A stretch of 63,270 nucleotides of DNA, filler included, from Octopus bimaculoides (GCF_001194135.2; 6 parts of 5 records of this genome joined end to end with filler, not necessarily neighbours in it); one strand, 5' to 3'; counted from the first letter of the whole stretch, positions 13,564 through 26,889 are shown. Program-made: numbers and translations. Notes: generated from the letters alone by a model not told the origin.

Positions 13564-14510
13564 GGATGGATGGCTGTTCTCTTTCTTTTAATTTAAGAAT
13601 GAATTTTGTCCGTCCACCTGCTTGGTAGCAAGGCTGTGAAGGAAAGCGACTTGTTTTGTTCATCGTCCTTCGAATTTGAAGAAAGCCAGCAGATTCTGTG
13701 GTCCCAGATACCGTGGTCTTCTGTAGTATATTTTGTGTTATCTCCCCCAGGAACCCATGTTCAGCTATGCTTTGCTTCAGACTTGTTGGTACACGTCCTG
13801 TTGCTCCAATAACAAAAGGTATGAAACTGAAAGTGCACCTTGGGTACTAGATTTGCAGGCTCCTTAGATGTCCTTTATCTCTTGTATCTTTCTAACCACA
13901 TTGGTGTCCAGAAGGCATCATATTTCCACAACATCTATTCGTTGTGGTCGCACACAGCAATACCTGGCCGATGGTATTTTAACATGATGGCTATTTTAAT
14001 TTTTAGGTATCGTCAATATTCTTTTGATCCATCGATCTCAACATGGCCAACTTCGTCTGTTGGCCAACTTCCTTTTTTGTTGTTCTGTTCCTCAATATTC
14101 CAGTCACTGCATCGGGACACAGTGGAAGATAATATCTGGAATCCCTTATTGGGACTGTCACGTTAAGTTGAAAGTATACAACGGCTTTATCGTAACACCG
14201 CTGCTTAAGTCTCTCTGTGAGATTTATAATTAGATCATTTCTAATTCTCTCACAGTTGGCAATAAAGTGGTTGATGTCTTCTGTCTCGAACTTGGTACAG
14301 CCTAAATTTGTTACCTGTCAATGATTTCTGGCTTTTACACTTTAGGTATTTGGCGGGGATCTCGTCTGGAGGTGTAAACAGGTAACCTCCGAAGCGGGAT
14401 ATCAAAAACTTATTGGTGCTTCATACCATACATTTGTTATCAATAATCCCATCAAAGATTTGTGTATTTCACACCAAGTACACGTGGAAAATCTTCTCAG
14501 GGAACATGTC
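13560..14510 (-). mobile_element. 3' fragment of a restriction-like-endonuclease LINE (R4/Dong/NeSL-like), decayed
   Basis: ETEDINHFIANC (zinc-knuckle remnant), HRPGIAVCD (PD motif decayed), FSFIPFVIGA...PTSLKQSIAEHGF...LQKTTVSGT; ends at (TATG)n. Confidence 0.6.
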
Positions 14511-14751
14511 CAACTTTTTATTTTGTTGTTTCGACAATTGGAATTTACCAGTTCTCTTTGTGTGAATGCATGCATACAAGCATGTATGTATAGATAGATA
14601 AATAGATATATATAACCTTTAAAGAATACCTAGAAACTACGTTTTCATTAGGTAGACATCATGAGCCTACAACATAATCCATACATATAGACATACATAC
14701 ATATACAAAATTTATATATATATCTTATATATGTATATGAGTATATATATA

Positions 14752-14839
<88 letters not shown>

Positions 14840-15112
14840 TTCATACATAATATACGTATATAAATGTAAAATGGATAAAGGATAGAAAATAGAATGAACA
14901 ACATGTGTATACATGTGTGCGCGCGCGAGTGTGTGCGTGTGCGGTGTGGCGTACGTGCGAGTATGGGTACATATATGCACGTTAATATATATTTGATAGT
15001 AATTATTATACAAACGATTGGAGTGAACAAAAATTTTGGTAGCGAGACAAACGTTACGCATGCACATACGTTCACACATTTGTCTATCTATCTATTTATC
15101 TATCTATTAGTC

Positions 15113-15143
<31 letters not shown>

Positions 15144-15445
15144 CNNNNNNNNNNNNNNNNNNNNNNNNNNNNNNNNNNNNNNNNNNNNNNNNNNNNNNNN
15201 NNNNNNNNNNNNNNNNNNNNNNNNNNNNNNNNNNNNNNNNNNNNNNNNNNNNNNNNNNNNNNNNNNNNNNNNNNNNNNNNNNNNNNNNNNNNNNNNNNNN
15301 NNNNNNNNNNNNNNNNNNNNNNNNNNNNNNNNNNNNNNNNNNNNNNNNNNNNNNNNNNNNNNNNNNNNNNNNNNNNNNNNNNNNNNNNNNNNNNNNNNNN
15401 NNNNNNNNNNNNNNNNNNNNNNNNNNNNNNNNNNNNNNNNNNNNN

Positions 15446-15496
<51 letters not shown>

Positions 15497-15640
15497 TTCC
15501 AATTGTACACATCCACTCTCCTTTCTACAATAAATTCTTTTTCCATATCTCTTCCCCTTTTTTTTTATATACAGCGTTCAAGTACGTTCTGGCGTTATTA
15601 CACAAACATTCACACGAGCACGCGCACACAACACCGCATG

Positions 15641-15718
<78 letters not shown>

Positions 15719-16003
15719 CGCATGTGTGTGTGTGTGCGCGTGCGCGCGCGCGTGTGTGTGTTTGTGTGTGTGTGTATGTATGTATCATCAGGTACACGAA
15801 CGTACATAGAGAGAGATGGAGAGAGAGATAGAGACAGATGGGGAAAGATAGAAAGAGACAGACCGCGTAGAGCAGATCAAGCCCTGCTCCGTCAAACTGA
15901 AGTGGATTTACGCACATTTTAATAACTGGGATTAGTTTGAAAGAAGCGGCACTTATATTCCTAAGTTCTCATTCGTGTGTGAGTCTGTCTATCTTTCTAT
16001 CTT

Positions 16004-16060
<57 letters not shown>

Positions 16061-16108
16061 TTAACTATCTATTTAACTATCTCTCTCTATCTATATATAG
16101 ATATATAT

Positions 16109-16499
16109 TCTTTTACTTGTTTCAATCATTTGACTGCGGCCATACTGGAGCACCGCCTTTAGTTGAGCAATTCGATCCCAGGACTTATTCTTTGTAAGCC
16201 TAGTACTTATTCTATCGGTCTCTTTTGCCTAACCGCTAAGTTACAGGGACGTGAACACACCAGCATCGGTTGGTAGACAAACACACCGATGTTGGGAAAA
16301 CAAACACACAGACACACAAATACACATTTATATATACAACGTGCTTCTTTCTCTATCTGTCTATCAAATCCACTCTCAAGGCTTTGATCGGTCCGAGGCT
16401 ACAGTAGAAGACAATTTCCCAAGGTGCCATACCGTGGAACTGAACCCGGAACTATGTGGTTGATAAGCAAGTTACTTATCCCACAGCCACTCCTGCGCC
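16109..16499 (-). mobile_element. SINE family A, full length
   Basis: Reverse complement of the family A head and tail. Confidence 0.85.
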
Positions 16500-16809
16500 T
16501 CTCTCTCTCTCTCTATTTCCCTCTCTCTCTCTCTTTCTCTCGCTCTCTTTCTCTCTCTCTCTATATATATATACATATCTNNNNNNNNNNNNNNNNNNNN
16601 NNNNNNNNNNNNNNNNNNNNNNNNTTAATTAATTAANNNNNNNNNNNNNNNNNNNNNNNNNNNNNNNNNNNNNNNNNNNNCGAAAAAGAAAACTTGGATG
16701 TGAATTTTTAATGATTAAATCCATGACGACGCCTTAAATTACTAGCTTTAAACTGGATAGTTCTTTTATGACACATGGGAAACATTGCAATATTTTTTTT
16801 TCTACTGAA

Positions 16810-17038
16810 TGCGGCGAACTGGCAGAATCGTTAGCTCGCCGGGCGAAATGCTTAGCGGTATTTCGTCTGCCACTACGTTCTGAGTTCAAATTTCGCCGAG
16901 GTCGACTTAGCCTTTCATCCTTTCGAGGTCGATTAAATAAGTACCAGTTACGCACTGGAGTCGATGTAATCGACTTAATCCCTTTGTCTGTCCTTGTTTG
17001 TCCCCTCTATGTTTAGCTCCCTGTGGGCAATAAAGAAA
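16810..17038 (+). mobile_element. tRNA-derived SINE family B, full length
   Basis: GGCGAACTGGCAGAATCGTTAGC head, GTTCTGAGTTCAAATT box B, central GCCTTTCATCCTTTCGAGGTCGAT.AAATAAGTACCAG (resembles the Deu/Nin central domain, from memory), tail ending AATAAAGAAA. Confidence 0.85.
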
Positions 17039-18115
17039 TTAATATTTCTTTTACTGTCAACGGCAAAAACAAAATTGTTCTTCAGTTGTTTTGTTTAAAG
17101 TTCTATTTTCTTGCTCTTAGTTACTGTGTTCAGTGATTTTAAACAAAAGTTTTATGATTTCAGCTTATGCGAAAGAAAAATTTGTTCACAGCATTACATT
17201 ATAAAATCAATGTTAAGCGTTCATTAATTCATTAATCACAATAACAAATATAATTTTTAATGCCTAAAGTTTAATCACCATAAATACATTTGTTTTCTTA
17301 AATATTTCCCAAAACTTATCGCGTCGATAAATGCACTAATTAGTTATAATCCATAATATCGGCGTGTGTGGAAAATACTGGAAGAGAGGGACACTTATCT
17401 AAATATCTTCATAGACAAAACATGTCTATGAAGAAATTTTCTGTTAGACAAAACCACAGTATCGTGTTTTTCAGTAGAATAATGGTATATGTACATTTAG
17501 TATGATATGCAGATGACTACATATACACACTTACACCCCACCACACGCACACATTTACACATACATACATACGTGCATACTTATGCATATACATGTACAC
17601 AACAGACACAAATAGAGGTAATATTCTAAGTGACATCAAGAACAAATAAAGAAAAATTCTGACCAACTAAAACATATCACCGACTTACATTCTTTTGTAA
17701 ACCCTTAAAAAACCCATTACAAAAATCTGACATACTGAATTTAAATGCTAGACTAAACTTTGAACTTTAACCTTTACTCTTTCAAACCAAAGGATTAAAT
17801 CCAATAAGACCAACAAAAATTAAAGTTAATGACAAATCCCTTGACCAAAAAACTCTACCTACCTACATTCTTTTGAGAATTCCTAAAATCAACATCATGA
17901 CTTGAAGTTGACTTGTTTACAAAGTTCTTCACGTATGAGTAAAGCCTGGACGATAGCATAACATCAAATTTAATCAATAAAAAATTCTCCATGACACCTT
18001 CCATCTCAACCAACCCTGCAACCCAGTTGCCATTCACCAGAACTCCAGCTACCCGAGGAATTTTTTAAAAAACTCAACAGAGATTATACCAAGCCAAGAT
18101 TAACTCAAATGCATC

Positions 18116-18160
18116 GCAGTTTGATGATGACTTTGCGGGCCGAAACTTCGAAATCACTGT
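18116..18160 (+). ncRNA. Degenerate type-I hammerhead motif (second family)
   Basis: GCAGT-TTGATGA-T-GAC(TTTGCGG)GCC-GAA-ACTTCGAAAT-C-ACTGT: stem I CAGT/ACTG, TTCGAA palindrome in stem III, AUC site. Homologous to 10357-10396. Confidence 0.5.
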
Positions 18161-19414
18161 CAATGCAATTCTTGTTAAAGAGCTATAAGATTTGTTCTTT
18201 ACAAAACTATGGAGTAATCCTTCAGTTTAATGTAAAATTGCTTACTATTATAATTCAACATAAAACATATATATGTTTGTATGTATTATGTATGCGTGTA
18301 TACACACACTGGTGCACATGCACGTACATGGATATCAGAGTTTTCTCCCCTGTTTTTCTTGACAGAACAGTCAATAATCCTAATGGCTTTCCTTTATTGC
18401 AGATATAATTTTATGCGACACAGAGTATTAATGTTTATTACTTCTCCCACGCCTCCCACACACATGTTCTTCCTGTGAAAGACATCATTGGATAAATTTT
18501 TCCCACGTCATTACTTTATTATGTTTCTTTAACATTAGTTTTAACTGAGTTAGAAACTTTCAGCCCATTCAGGCTGTATAGAAAAAAGTTTAGACCACCT
18601 CCAACTAAATGCAGGTCAAGCTGAGTTCATGGACAAGAGGAATGCTAGAAATAATGATGCGATAAATAGAATTTTAGCTTAAGGGATATTTTTGTTTAAT
18701 AATTCGATATCCTTGAAATCACCTCACTATAAAATGTTAACAATGGCTCCCAGGTGGCCTCTGTTTTCCTCTCTCTCCCCCTACTTTTTAAAAATAAGAA
18801 ACAAAAGAAAAGGAAAAATAATGATTGATAAAACAGCGAGCAATTGTGTGGTTCTAATGTAGAATTAATGCTTATAGAAATCAGATAATATTTCAAAACA
18901 GATGTATTTTCATTTAGATGATATTTAGAAATGTGAGCTATTGGATAAAAATGTTTGGAACTGCTTGTTTTGTACAACCTCCACCCACCTCACACTCATT
19001 CCTGTCACCTTCTATTCTCATTTCTTCTGACTGTCAGATATATTCGTTCGTTTTTTTCCGACTTGGCATCCTCATCGTCATACGTCTGAAAAGAGATAAA
19101 ATTTATTCACATTTCAAAAGCAATAAACGAAGATTGAAGAGGAAGAATATAGTAAAATAGACAATGTAAAACACTATGATAAAAATAAAATATTTTTCGT
19201 GTTAATTCAAATAATATTGCAAAAGATTTAGGTAAATGGGAGATGTAAAGAGATACGAACGAATTTATTTGACAACCCAGAGTAAAAATCTAACACAAAA
19301 CGGTTTGTTTTGACTAAATACAATGATACGATACATTTGATAAAAAATGAAACGGGATGTTGTGATGTTTATGCCGTTCCTAATGACTGTGAAAGTCTCA
19401 AGAGAAGAGAAACA

Positions 19415-19620
19415 CTGACTTCAAATTTTGGCACAGGGCCAGCAATTTTAAGGGAAAGAGTAAATCTGTTACATCGATCCCCAGTATTCAGCTGGTACTT
19501 ATTTTATCGACCGCTGAAGGGATGAAAGGCAAAGTCGACCCCGGCAAAATTTGAGCTCAGAACGTGATGACGGACGAAATGCCGCTAAATATTTTGTCCG
19601 GCGTGCTAAATATTCTACCA
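19415..19620 (-). mobile_element. SINE family B
   Basis: AAAGGCAAAGTCGACC...ATTTGAGCTCAGAACG...GAAATGCCGCTAA; a similar head fragment lies at 39945-40045 (-). Confidence 0.75.
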
Positions 19621-19879
19621 TACCTGCCGCTCCAGGGAACAAAAATATTCTTATTCAAAATTTGAAACCTAGTTTTCGTGTATTAGATTTAGTTAGGTTT
19701 AATGGTGCAAGCATGGATGAGTGGTTAACAGGTTATTTGACTCGCAAGTACAGGATTTCGAGTTCTGACCCATCGTGCGGCATCTTGAACATCTGTTTGT
19801 TATCTCTTGCTCGTTTAATCGAATGGTTTAATCGAACTAATCGACCCCAACACTTACCTTTTTGTTAAAGTCTGATACT

Positions 19880-20198
19880 AATTCTATCAGATTCTTTTAC
19901 CGAGATATAAACTAGCACCGGTTGTCGGGCGACGTTTAGGGAACTAACACACACACACACACACATGATGGGCTTCCACTCAGTTTCCGTCAACCAAATT
20001 CCCTCATAATGCATTGTTCTGCCCGGGTTATAACAGAAGACATTAGTCCATCCAAGATGCTGCACTGCTGGATTGAAACCGAAATCATGTTCTTCTCAAT
20101 TAATAAAAGATTTCTGAATGAAATTTGGTAGTATTTATTTTATCAAACGATTTTGCCGAATTGCTAAGTTACGGGGGCGCAAACACACCAACGCAAAG

Positions 20199-20242
<44 letters not shown>

Positions 20243-20400
20243 CGGGTTTGTTTCAGTTTCTGTCTACCAAATCCATTCACAAGGCTTTGGTCGGCACGAG
20301 GCTATAGTAGAAAACATTTGCCCATAGTGCCACTGTGTGCGACTGAACCTGAAACCAAGTGGCAGGGAAGCAAGCTTCTTACCACACAGCTATGCCTGTC
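19880..20400 (-). mobile_element. Two adjacent partial family A SINEs (about 19880-20090 and 20135-20400)
   Basis: Both align to the family A left half and internal (CA)n. Confidence 0.7.
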
Positions 20401-21016
20401 TTCGATTTTCTTAATTGTTCAATCAGAAGATGGGTGAGGACCGAGTCTTTAATCCTTTCCAGGGACGCCGAGGCCCGTAGAAGGGAGGAAAGAATTTGTC
20501 TACAGGCTAGCGACAAGGCCCGAATGCCGGCAGTGCGCGCGTGTTATAAAGTCGATTCATTTTCTTTTCCACTTTAAGAATGAATTTCTTTTTACATCAA
20601 TTATTAATTCTATAGCGGTTAATTTTATTTGGTAGTTATACGTTTATTTCTGATTTTCAACCGTTATCTTCTCTGAAATAAATCAATATCATACGGATGC
20701 CAACAGTTGTTTCATTTGAAAACATTTAGGTGGAGGTGACCGTTTTAAAAATAGAAAAAAAAAAACTACTAACGGCAACGAACGTTGATGAAACAGTAAC
20801 ACTCACGGCGACGACGACGACGACGAAGACAACAGCGAGAGAATGAATAAACAACTACACCAGCTTGATAACAGCACTGCGTTGGCTAAGTATGTGAACT
20901 GACTGATCGCTAAACTTAAGTTGTTGTGAAAACCATTGACCTTTATATTTATGTCTTGGTACTCTTCTTTTCTCTATCTAACATGTCTTAACAAGAAATT
21001 TAAATAAAGGTTTACA

Positions 21017-21553
21017 GGCACGGGAGTGGCTGTGTGGTAAGTAGCTTGCTTACTAACCACATGGTTCCGGGTTCAGTTCCACTGCGTGGCACATGGGTTA
21101 AGTGTCTTCTACTATAGCCGCGAGCTGACCAAAGCCTTGTGAACGGATTTGGTGGACGGAAACTGAAAGAAGCCCGTTGTGTGTGTGTGTATACATATAT
21201 ATTTATATATTTGATCCTTTATATTGAACACTCAATATTTCATNNNNNNNNNNNNNNNNNNNNNNNNNNNNNNNNNNNNNNNNNNNNNNNNNNNNNNNNN
21301 NNNNNNNNNNNNNNNNNNNNNNNNNNNNNNNNNNNNNNNNNNNTATATATATATATATATATATATATGCATGTGTGTCTGTGCTTGTCCCTCCAACATC
21401 GCTTGACAACCGATGCTGGTTAGAGGTTTGGCAAAATAGACCGATAGAATAAGTACTAGGCTTACAAAGAATAAGTCCTGGGGTCGATTTGTTCGACTAA
21501 AGGCGGTGCTCCAGCATGGCCGCAGTCAAATTACTGAAACGAATAAAAGAATA
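21017..21553 (+). mobile_element. SINE family A, full length (gap inside its microsatellite)
   Basis: GGCACGGGAGTGGCTGTGTGGTAAG... to ...TTACTGAAACGAATAAAAGA. Confidence 0.85.
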
Positions 21554-22739
21554 AACATTTTTAAAACAAATAAACAAACCCTTTAGCTATGTAATATAGT
21601 TGATCAAATGCCAACAAACAACTTGTTATAAACCCCAGCTTTACTCCAGTGAACGGTTTGGATCAGTTCAAAATAATTATCTCTTGTTCGGCTTCAATCC
21701 CTTGTTAGAGAAGAATTTTAAGATAGGTGTGTGAAACATGGATGCAGGCGTAACTGTGTAGTGAAGTATAGATGCAGGGATATAGATGCAATTTGATTTG
21801 AAGCCATGCAACCAGTATTCACGTGGTTCCAGACACGCCCCTACCATCTTCATTGCGCAGCACATTGCGTACGCGTCTATTATAGACTTGGATTGACAAA
21901 ATGCTTTCTGAGCAGAAATTGTGTTTGATAAACGGAAACTGCACAGAAGACCATTACGGTGTGGATGTGTTTGTGTGTGCGTTTGTGCGCGCGCAATGCA
22001 AAACAGAATACGTGAGTCAGTTTGTGGAATATTAACTAAATATTTAGTTACACAATATTTCTCCTATTTATATCGTTTTCTATATGTACACTGTGACACA
22101 CCCGATTGTAGATTCATACTGAATAATACGCGGACAATAATACGAATGGGAATATACAAGGAGTTTCAAATACTGATTATTTGTCGAACAACTTTGGTTT
22201 TAAATTACATCCTCTCTCCTCTCCCTTTCCCTCACTTTCTCCCCACTCTCTCTTTTTCTCTCTCTCCCTATATATATACATATAATAATATAAATAACAT
22301 ATATATATATATTTATATGCATATATACATACATATATGTATATACCTACATATATATGTTTATATACATGCACATATGGGTACAGGACGTCAAAACAAA
22401 CGTGAGCAAAAGGAGAAACGAGAACATAAAAAACAAAAACATGGAAAACGAACTTTTTTTTCGAACGACGAAAGAAAAAATAGAGAAATGAGACAGGCAA
22501 CATAAAGAACATTCCCTTCATCATTTGTCCCGTTTTATCTACTTCACATTTTGAACGTAGGGACAAGACACAACTTTGTTAAAACAGTTGTTCCCGCAAA
22601 GCAAATAAAAAAAATGAAATTAGGATTGAGGAGGGTTAAAGTGATAACAAAAACAGGACAGTGTGAACAAAACAGTAAAAAACAAACGTTAAGGACTGTT
22701 AAGCCATAAAGAGGTGAAGTGGTGAACGCATGTATATAT

Positions 22740-22830
<91 letters not shown>

Positions 22831-22900
22831 CAATTGGATGAACTGAGGTAGGAATAAAGGTAAAAAAGAGTCATTATTGTGAGTTGTTAAAGAGATTTAC

Positions 22901-22937
22901 AAGCATACCGGTTTCGTAGTAATACTAGTCATTGCTT
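22901..22937 (-). ncRNA. Degenerate minimal type-I hammerhead ribozyme in the PLE 3' terminal repeat
   Basis: Minus strand AAGCA-ATGA-CTAGT(ATT)ACTAC-GAA-ACCGGT-A-TGCTT: stem I AAGCA/TGCTT, stem II TAGT/ACTA, palindromic stem III ACCGGT, GUA site. CTG of CUGAUGA is deleted and G10.1 is C, so probably inactive. Confidence 0.6.
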
Positions 22938-23107
22938 TGAGTATACACCGAATTCTGAACGGTGTCAAGTCTATTAGTCCCTCAGTAAAAAGATTATGTG
23001 TAAGGGAGGTAAGTAGTTCTGGATTTGTTGCAATTAGAGTAGATCTGGATTTGTAGTGTGAATGATGTATGGGGGTTAGTGATATTAAATGGAAAATTAG
23101 TGATGTT

Positions 23108-23520
23108 CTATATGATGTTATATATGTTTATATTTAGTTGAAGAAGATATTTATTAATGAAAATTGCCTCTTTATTCATTCTTAGTTGTGTAGATGTGTT
23201 CTGTGAACGTTGATAGAAGGGAAAAATTAGGAAATTAGGATTAAGATTCCTCGCACACCTTTCTATGTGTCCACTGACCTGTATCTGTCTGTAATGTGGT
23301 TGGCGGATATGTTCTTTGTGGAGAGTAGTTCTTCTATGGAGTGATATTCCTGTTTGGCCAATATAGTAATAACTGCACCCTAAGCATGTAATAGCATAGA
23401 GTAGATTTTCCGAGGCACAGGTGAAATTTGATTTAATCTTAAAGGTTTCACCTTGTTTAAACTGGAACTCAGAACCCTCCAAAAGGTGGGGGCAAGTCCC
23501 ACAGTTAGGTCGATCACATT
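23108..23520 (-). pseudogene. GIY-YIG endonuclease domain of the Penelope-like element
   Basis: ORF 23108..23482 (YAITCLGC...YYIGQT...R...H) plus upstream CDRPNCGTCP translated by hand. Confidence 0.88.
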
Positions 23521-26500
23521 TTTAAAACTTTTGGTTCTGTTGTTAATGGATACAGTCTTGCGCTGGTTAATATTTTTTCAGTGATTTAGGTTGCATTTTA
23601 CTTTTGATAATTTTGTGTGAGTCTAAAATTTTGTTCATTGTTTTATCTCTTGTGAGGATGGGGAGATTTTGGATGATAACGTTAAAGGCTTCGTTGTTTC
23701 TAGGGTTATGTGTGGAGATGTATGNNNNNNNNNNNNNNNNNNNNNNNNNNNNNNNNNNNNNNNNNNNNNNNNNNNNNNNNNNNNNNNNNNNNNNNNNNNN
23801 NNNNNNNNNNNNNNNNNNNNNNNNNNNNNNNNNNNNNNNNNNNNNNNNNNNNNNNNNNNNNNNNNNNNNNNNNNNNNNNNNNNNNNNNNNNNNNNNNNNN
23901 NNNNNNNNNNNNNNNNNNNNNNNNNNNNNNNNNNNNNNNNNNNNNNNNNNNNNNNNNNNNNNNNNNNNNNNNNNNNNNNNNNNNNNNNNNNNNNNNNNNN
24001 NNNNNNNNNNNNNNNNNNNNNNNNNNNNNNNNNNNNNNNNNNNNNNNNNNNNNNNNNNNNNNNNNNNNNNNNNNNNNNNNNNNNNNNNNNNNNNNNNNNN
24101 NNNNNNNNNNNNNNNNNNNNNNNNNNNNNNNNNNNNNNNNNNNNNNNNNNNNNNNNNNNNNNNNNNNNNNNNNNNNNNNNNNNNNNNNNNNNNNNNNNNN
24201 NNNNNNNNNNNNNNNNNNNNNNNNNNNNNNNNNNNNNNNNNNNNNNNNNNNNNNNNNNNNNNNNNNNNNNNNNNNNNNNNNNNNNNNNNNNNNNNNNNNN
24301 NNNNNNNNNNNNNNNNNNNNNNNNNNNNNNNNNNNNNNNNNNNNNNNNNNNNNNNNNNNNNNNNNNNNNNNNNNNNNNNNNNNNNNNNNNNNNNNNNNNN
24401 NNNNNNNNNNNNNNNNNNNNNNNNNNNNNNNNNNNNNNNNNNNNNNNNNNNNNNNNNNNNNNNNNNNNNNNNNNNNNNNNNNNNNNNNNNNNNNNNNNNN
24501 NNNNNNNNNNNNNNNNNNNNNNNNNNNNNNNNNNNNNNNNNNNNTAGTCAATTTCATGTTTAGTTAAACTCTTTCCATGTAATTGAAGTAAGGAGGATAA
24601 GTTTTTAAGAGTCTTCTGTGGGTTGTGTTGTACTATCATCTCATAGTAAATATTATTTTCCAACATGGATAGTATTAACCTTTTGTAGTACTCTGTGTCC
24701 ATCACCACTACAGCACTTCCTTTGTCGGCTTCTTTAATGGTGAGGTTTGAATCATTTTTTATCTCAATTAGTTCTTTCCATTCGTTTACATTAAGGTTGG
24801 ATTTAATTAGTTGTTTTTGTAGGGTATTAAAAGGAAAACTGGTAATGTGTTCACAAAAATCATCAAGTGCTTTATTTCTGCCCTTTGTAGGACAGTATTC
24901 ACTTTCGTTTTTTTACTATAGACTCATCTTCGCTGGTGTAGTTGTGTAGTGCTTCTGCGAGGCGTAATTTTCGGCAGAAATCCATAGTGTTATCCTTAAT
25001 TTCATTAGGGTTCGATCTTCGAGGGGTTGGAGTAAACTTTAGACCTCTTGCTAGAATTCTAGTTTGTGTAGCACTTAGGATTTTCTTTGATAAGTTGATT
25101 ATCTTCGGTTGTTTTTGTACATTTTGTTCCATTTCACATCTTTCTTTCTCTGATTTAAGTCTAAAAAATGGTTGTCGTAGGTGGACTGTTGTGGAAAGCC
25201 TCTATTGTGTTTGGTTTGCTGAGGAGAAAATGAGTGTAAAGTGTGTCCGTTATAATATGTTGGTGGTGGAGTGGCTGTGAAACGGGCTAGGTTATGGTTG
25301 TACTGAGGGTTGTTATATTGTCTATGGTTGATGTGGTTAGGGTTAAATTTATTTTTAATGTTGTAATGTGGGTGGAGGGAGAAGTTATGTTGTCTAGTTA
25401 GGTTGTGTCTTGTTGAATGATTGAAGTAACCATGTTGAGGGTTAAGTCTCGGAGGTAAATTCTTCCATTTATTGTGAGAAGATAGAGGTGGATTGGTAGG
25501 AATTGGTTCCCAAAAGTTTAGGTTAGTCTGGAGGTTTCGATGGAACCTTTGATTTGTATGTAGGATGGTATGAGGATTACGTCCAGATTTTCTATTGTGG
25601 GCTGAATTCCTAATTGTTGTTTGGAAGTTATTTTGGGATGTAAGAGAGGTTAGGTCAGTGGAGTTGTGTCCCCTTGACCGTCTGTGGTTTGTGTTAGATA
25701 AGCGTGGGTTCATTTCTGTGTATGTTTTTGGTTTATTTTTCTTCAAGAAGGGGTTCTCCGATGCGAATTCTATGTTAAACTGTGTTTCGTAGTTAATAAA
25801 GAAATTGGCTTGTTTTTCCCAGCGTTGTAGGGAGCTTGTTTCTTCAGCTTCACAAGCTGTTTTCCACAGTTTAAAGACACTTTCCAAGCGTTGACCATCT
25901 GAATGTTTCTTTATTTCGTTGTAAATTTCCTCATCTATGTTTTTAAATTTTTGTTCATTGCTTAGAGCTCTAAGCTTAAGGAGTTCTATTTCAGTCTTCA
26001 TTTTTTTCCAGTGTTAGTTTCTCCCTTAATTGTCTTTGTTGGTCCTGTTCGTTTGGAATGCGTTTAATTTGGAATTTATGTGGCAGAATTATTGGTGTAG
26101 TTTAACCAGCGTTCATAAATTTTGATCATGTTCCAGAAAGAAGATTTTCTGGCTTTAAGTTTTTCATTCCATATGTGTATAATGCGGTTTTCAATTGATA
26201 GTATAAGCGTGGAGGGGGTTCTATCTTGTGTATCATCTGTAGGTGGATTTTCATTTAAGTAGTTATTATGAGGTAAAGAATGAAGAGTGGGGCATAATTC
26301 GGACAAATGTTGATTGAGCTGTTCCAGGGATTGTTCTTTCTCTTCTTTTTCTCTTGTCTCTTGTGTAAATCGAGTAAGTTCATCAATCTTGCTAATTAAA
26401 AGTTTCAAATTCCTGTTAATCTCTTTCAGTTCCTTAAGAGAATCTTCGTTGAGAGTTTTAAGTGTAGAATTTGTTGTTTGTGGCATTTTCAATCTCACGT

Positions 26501-26889
26501 GTAGTAAAATATAATAGAAATATGTTTAAAAAAACAAAATAGAAACTACCCGTGGAAATGTAAGGGGAAAGCAGAAAAATAAGAGAAAATGCACATTGAA
26601 AATCAAAAAGAAGGTAAGGCTTTTTATGAAAAGTAACGATACATATATACAATTAGATGAACTAAGGTAGGAATAAAGATAATAAAAGTCATTATATACA
26701 TATATATTATTTATATTATTATATGATCGAACGCCACGCATCCATTTCCAAGTAATTTANNNNNNNNNNNNNNNNNNNNNNNNNNNNNNNNNNNNNNNNN
26801 NNNTTAATTAATTAANNNNNNNNNNNNNNNNNNNNNNNNNNNNNNNNNNNNNNNNNNNNTATATATATATATATATATATATATATGTA

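Larger units (their letters stand above)
22821..26750 (-). mobile_element. Penelope-like retroelement (Neptune-type), near full length, frameshifted; RT core lies in the gap 23725-24544
   Basis: PLE N-terminal motif IINLSKKILS...LARGLKFTPTP...FCRKLRLAE (24899-25132). KEADKGSAVVVMD (about 24695-24740). Cys-rich linker CDRPNCGTCP, then GIY-YIG endonuclease LLYAITCLGCSYYYIGQTG...LHKEHIR (23108-23520). Terminal direct repeat CAATT(G/A)GATGAACT(G/A)AGGTAGGAATAAAG...GTCATTAT at about 22831-22877 and 26649-26695. Confidence 0.9.
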
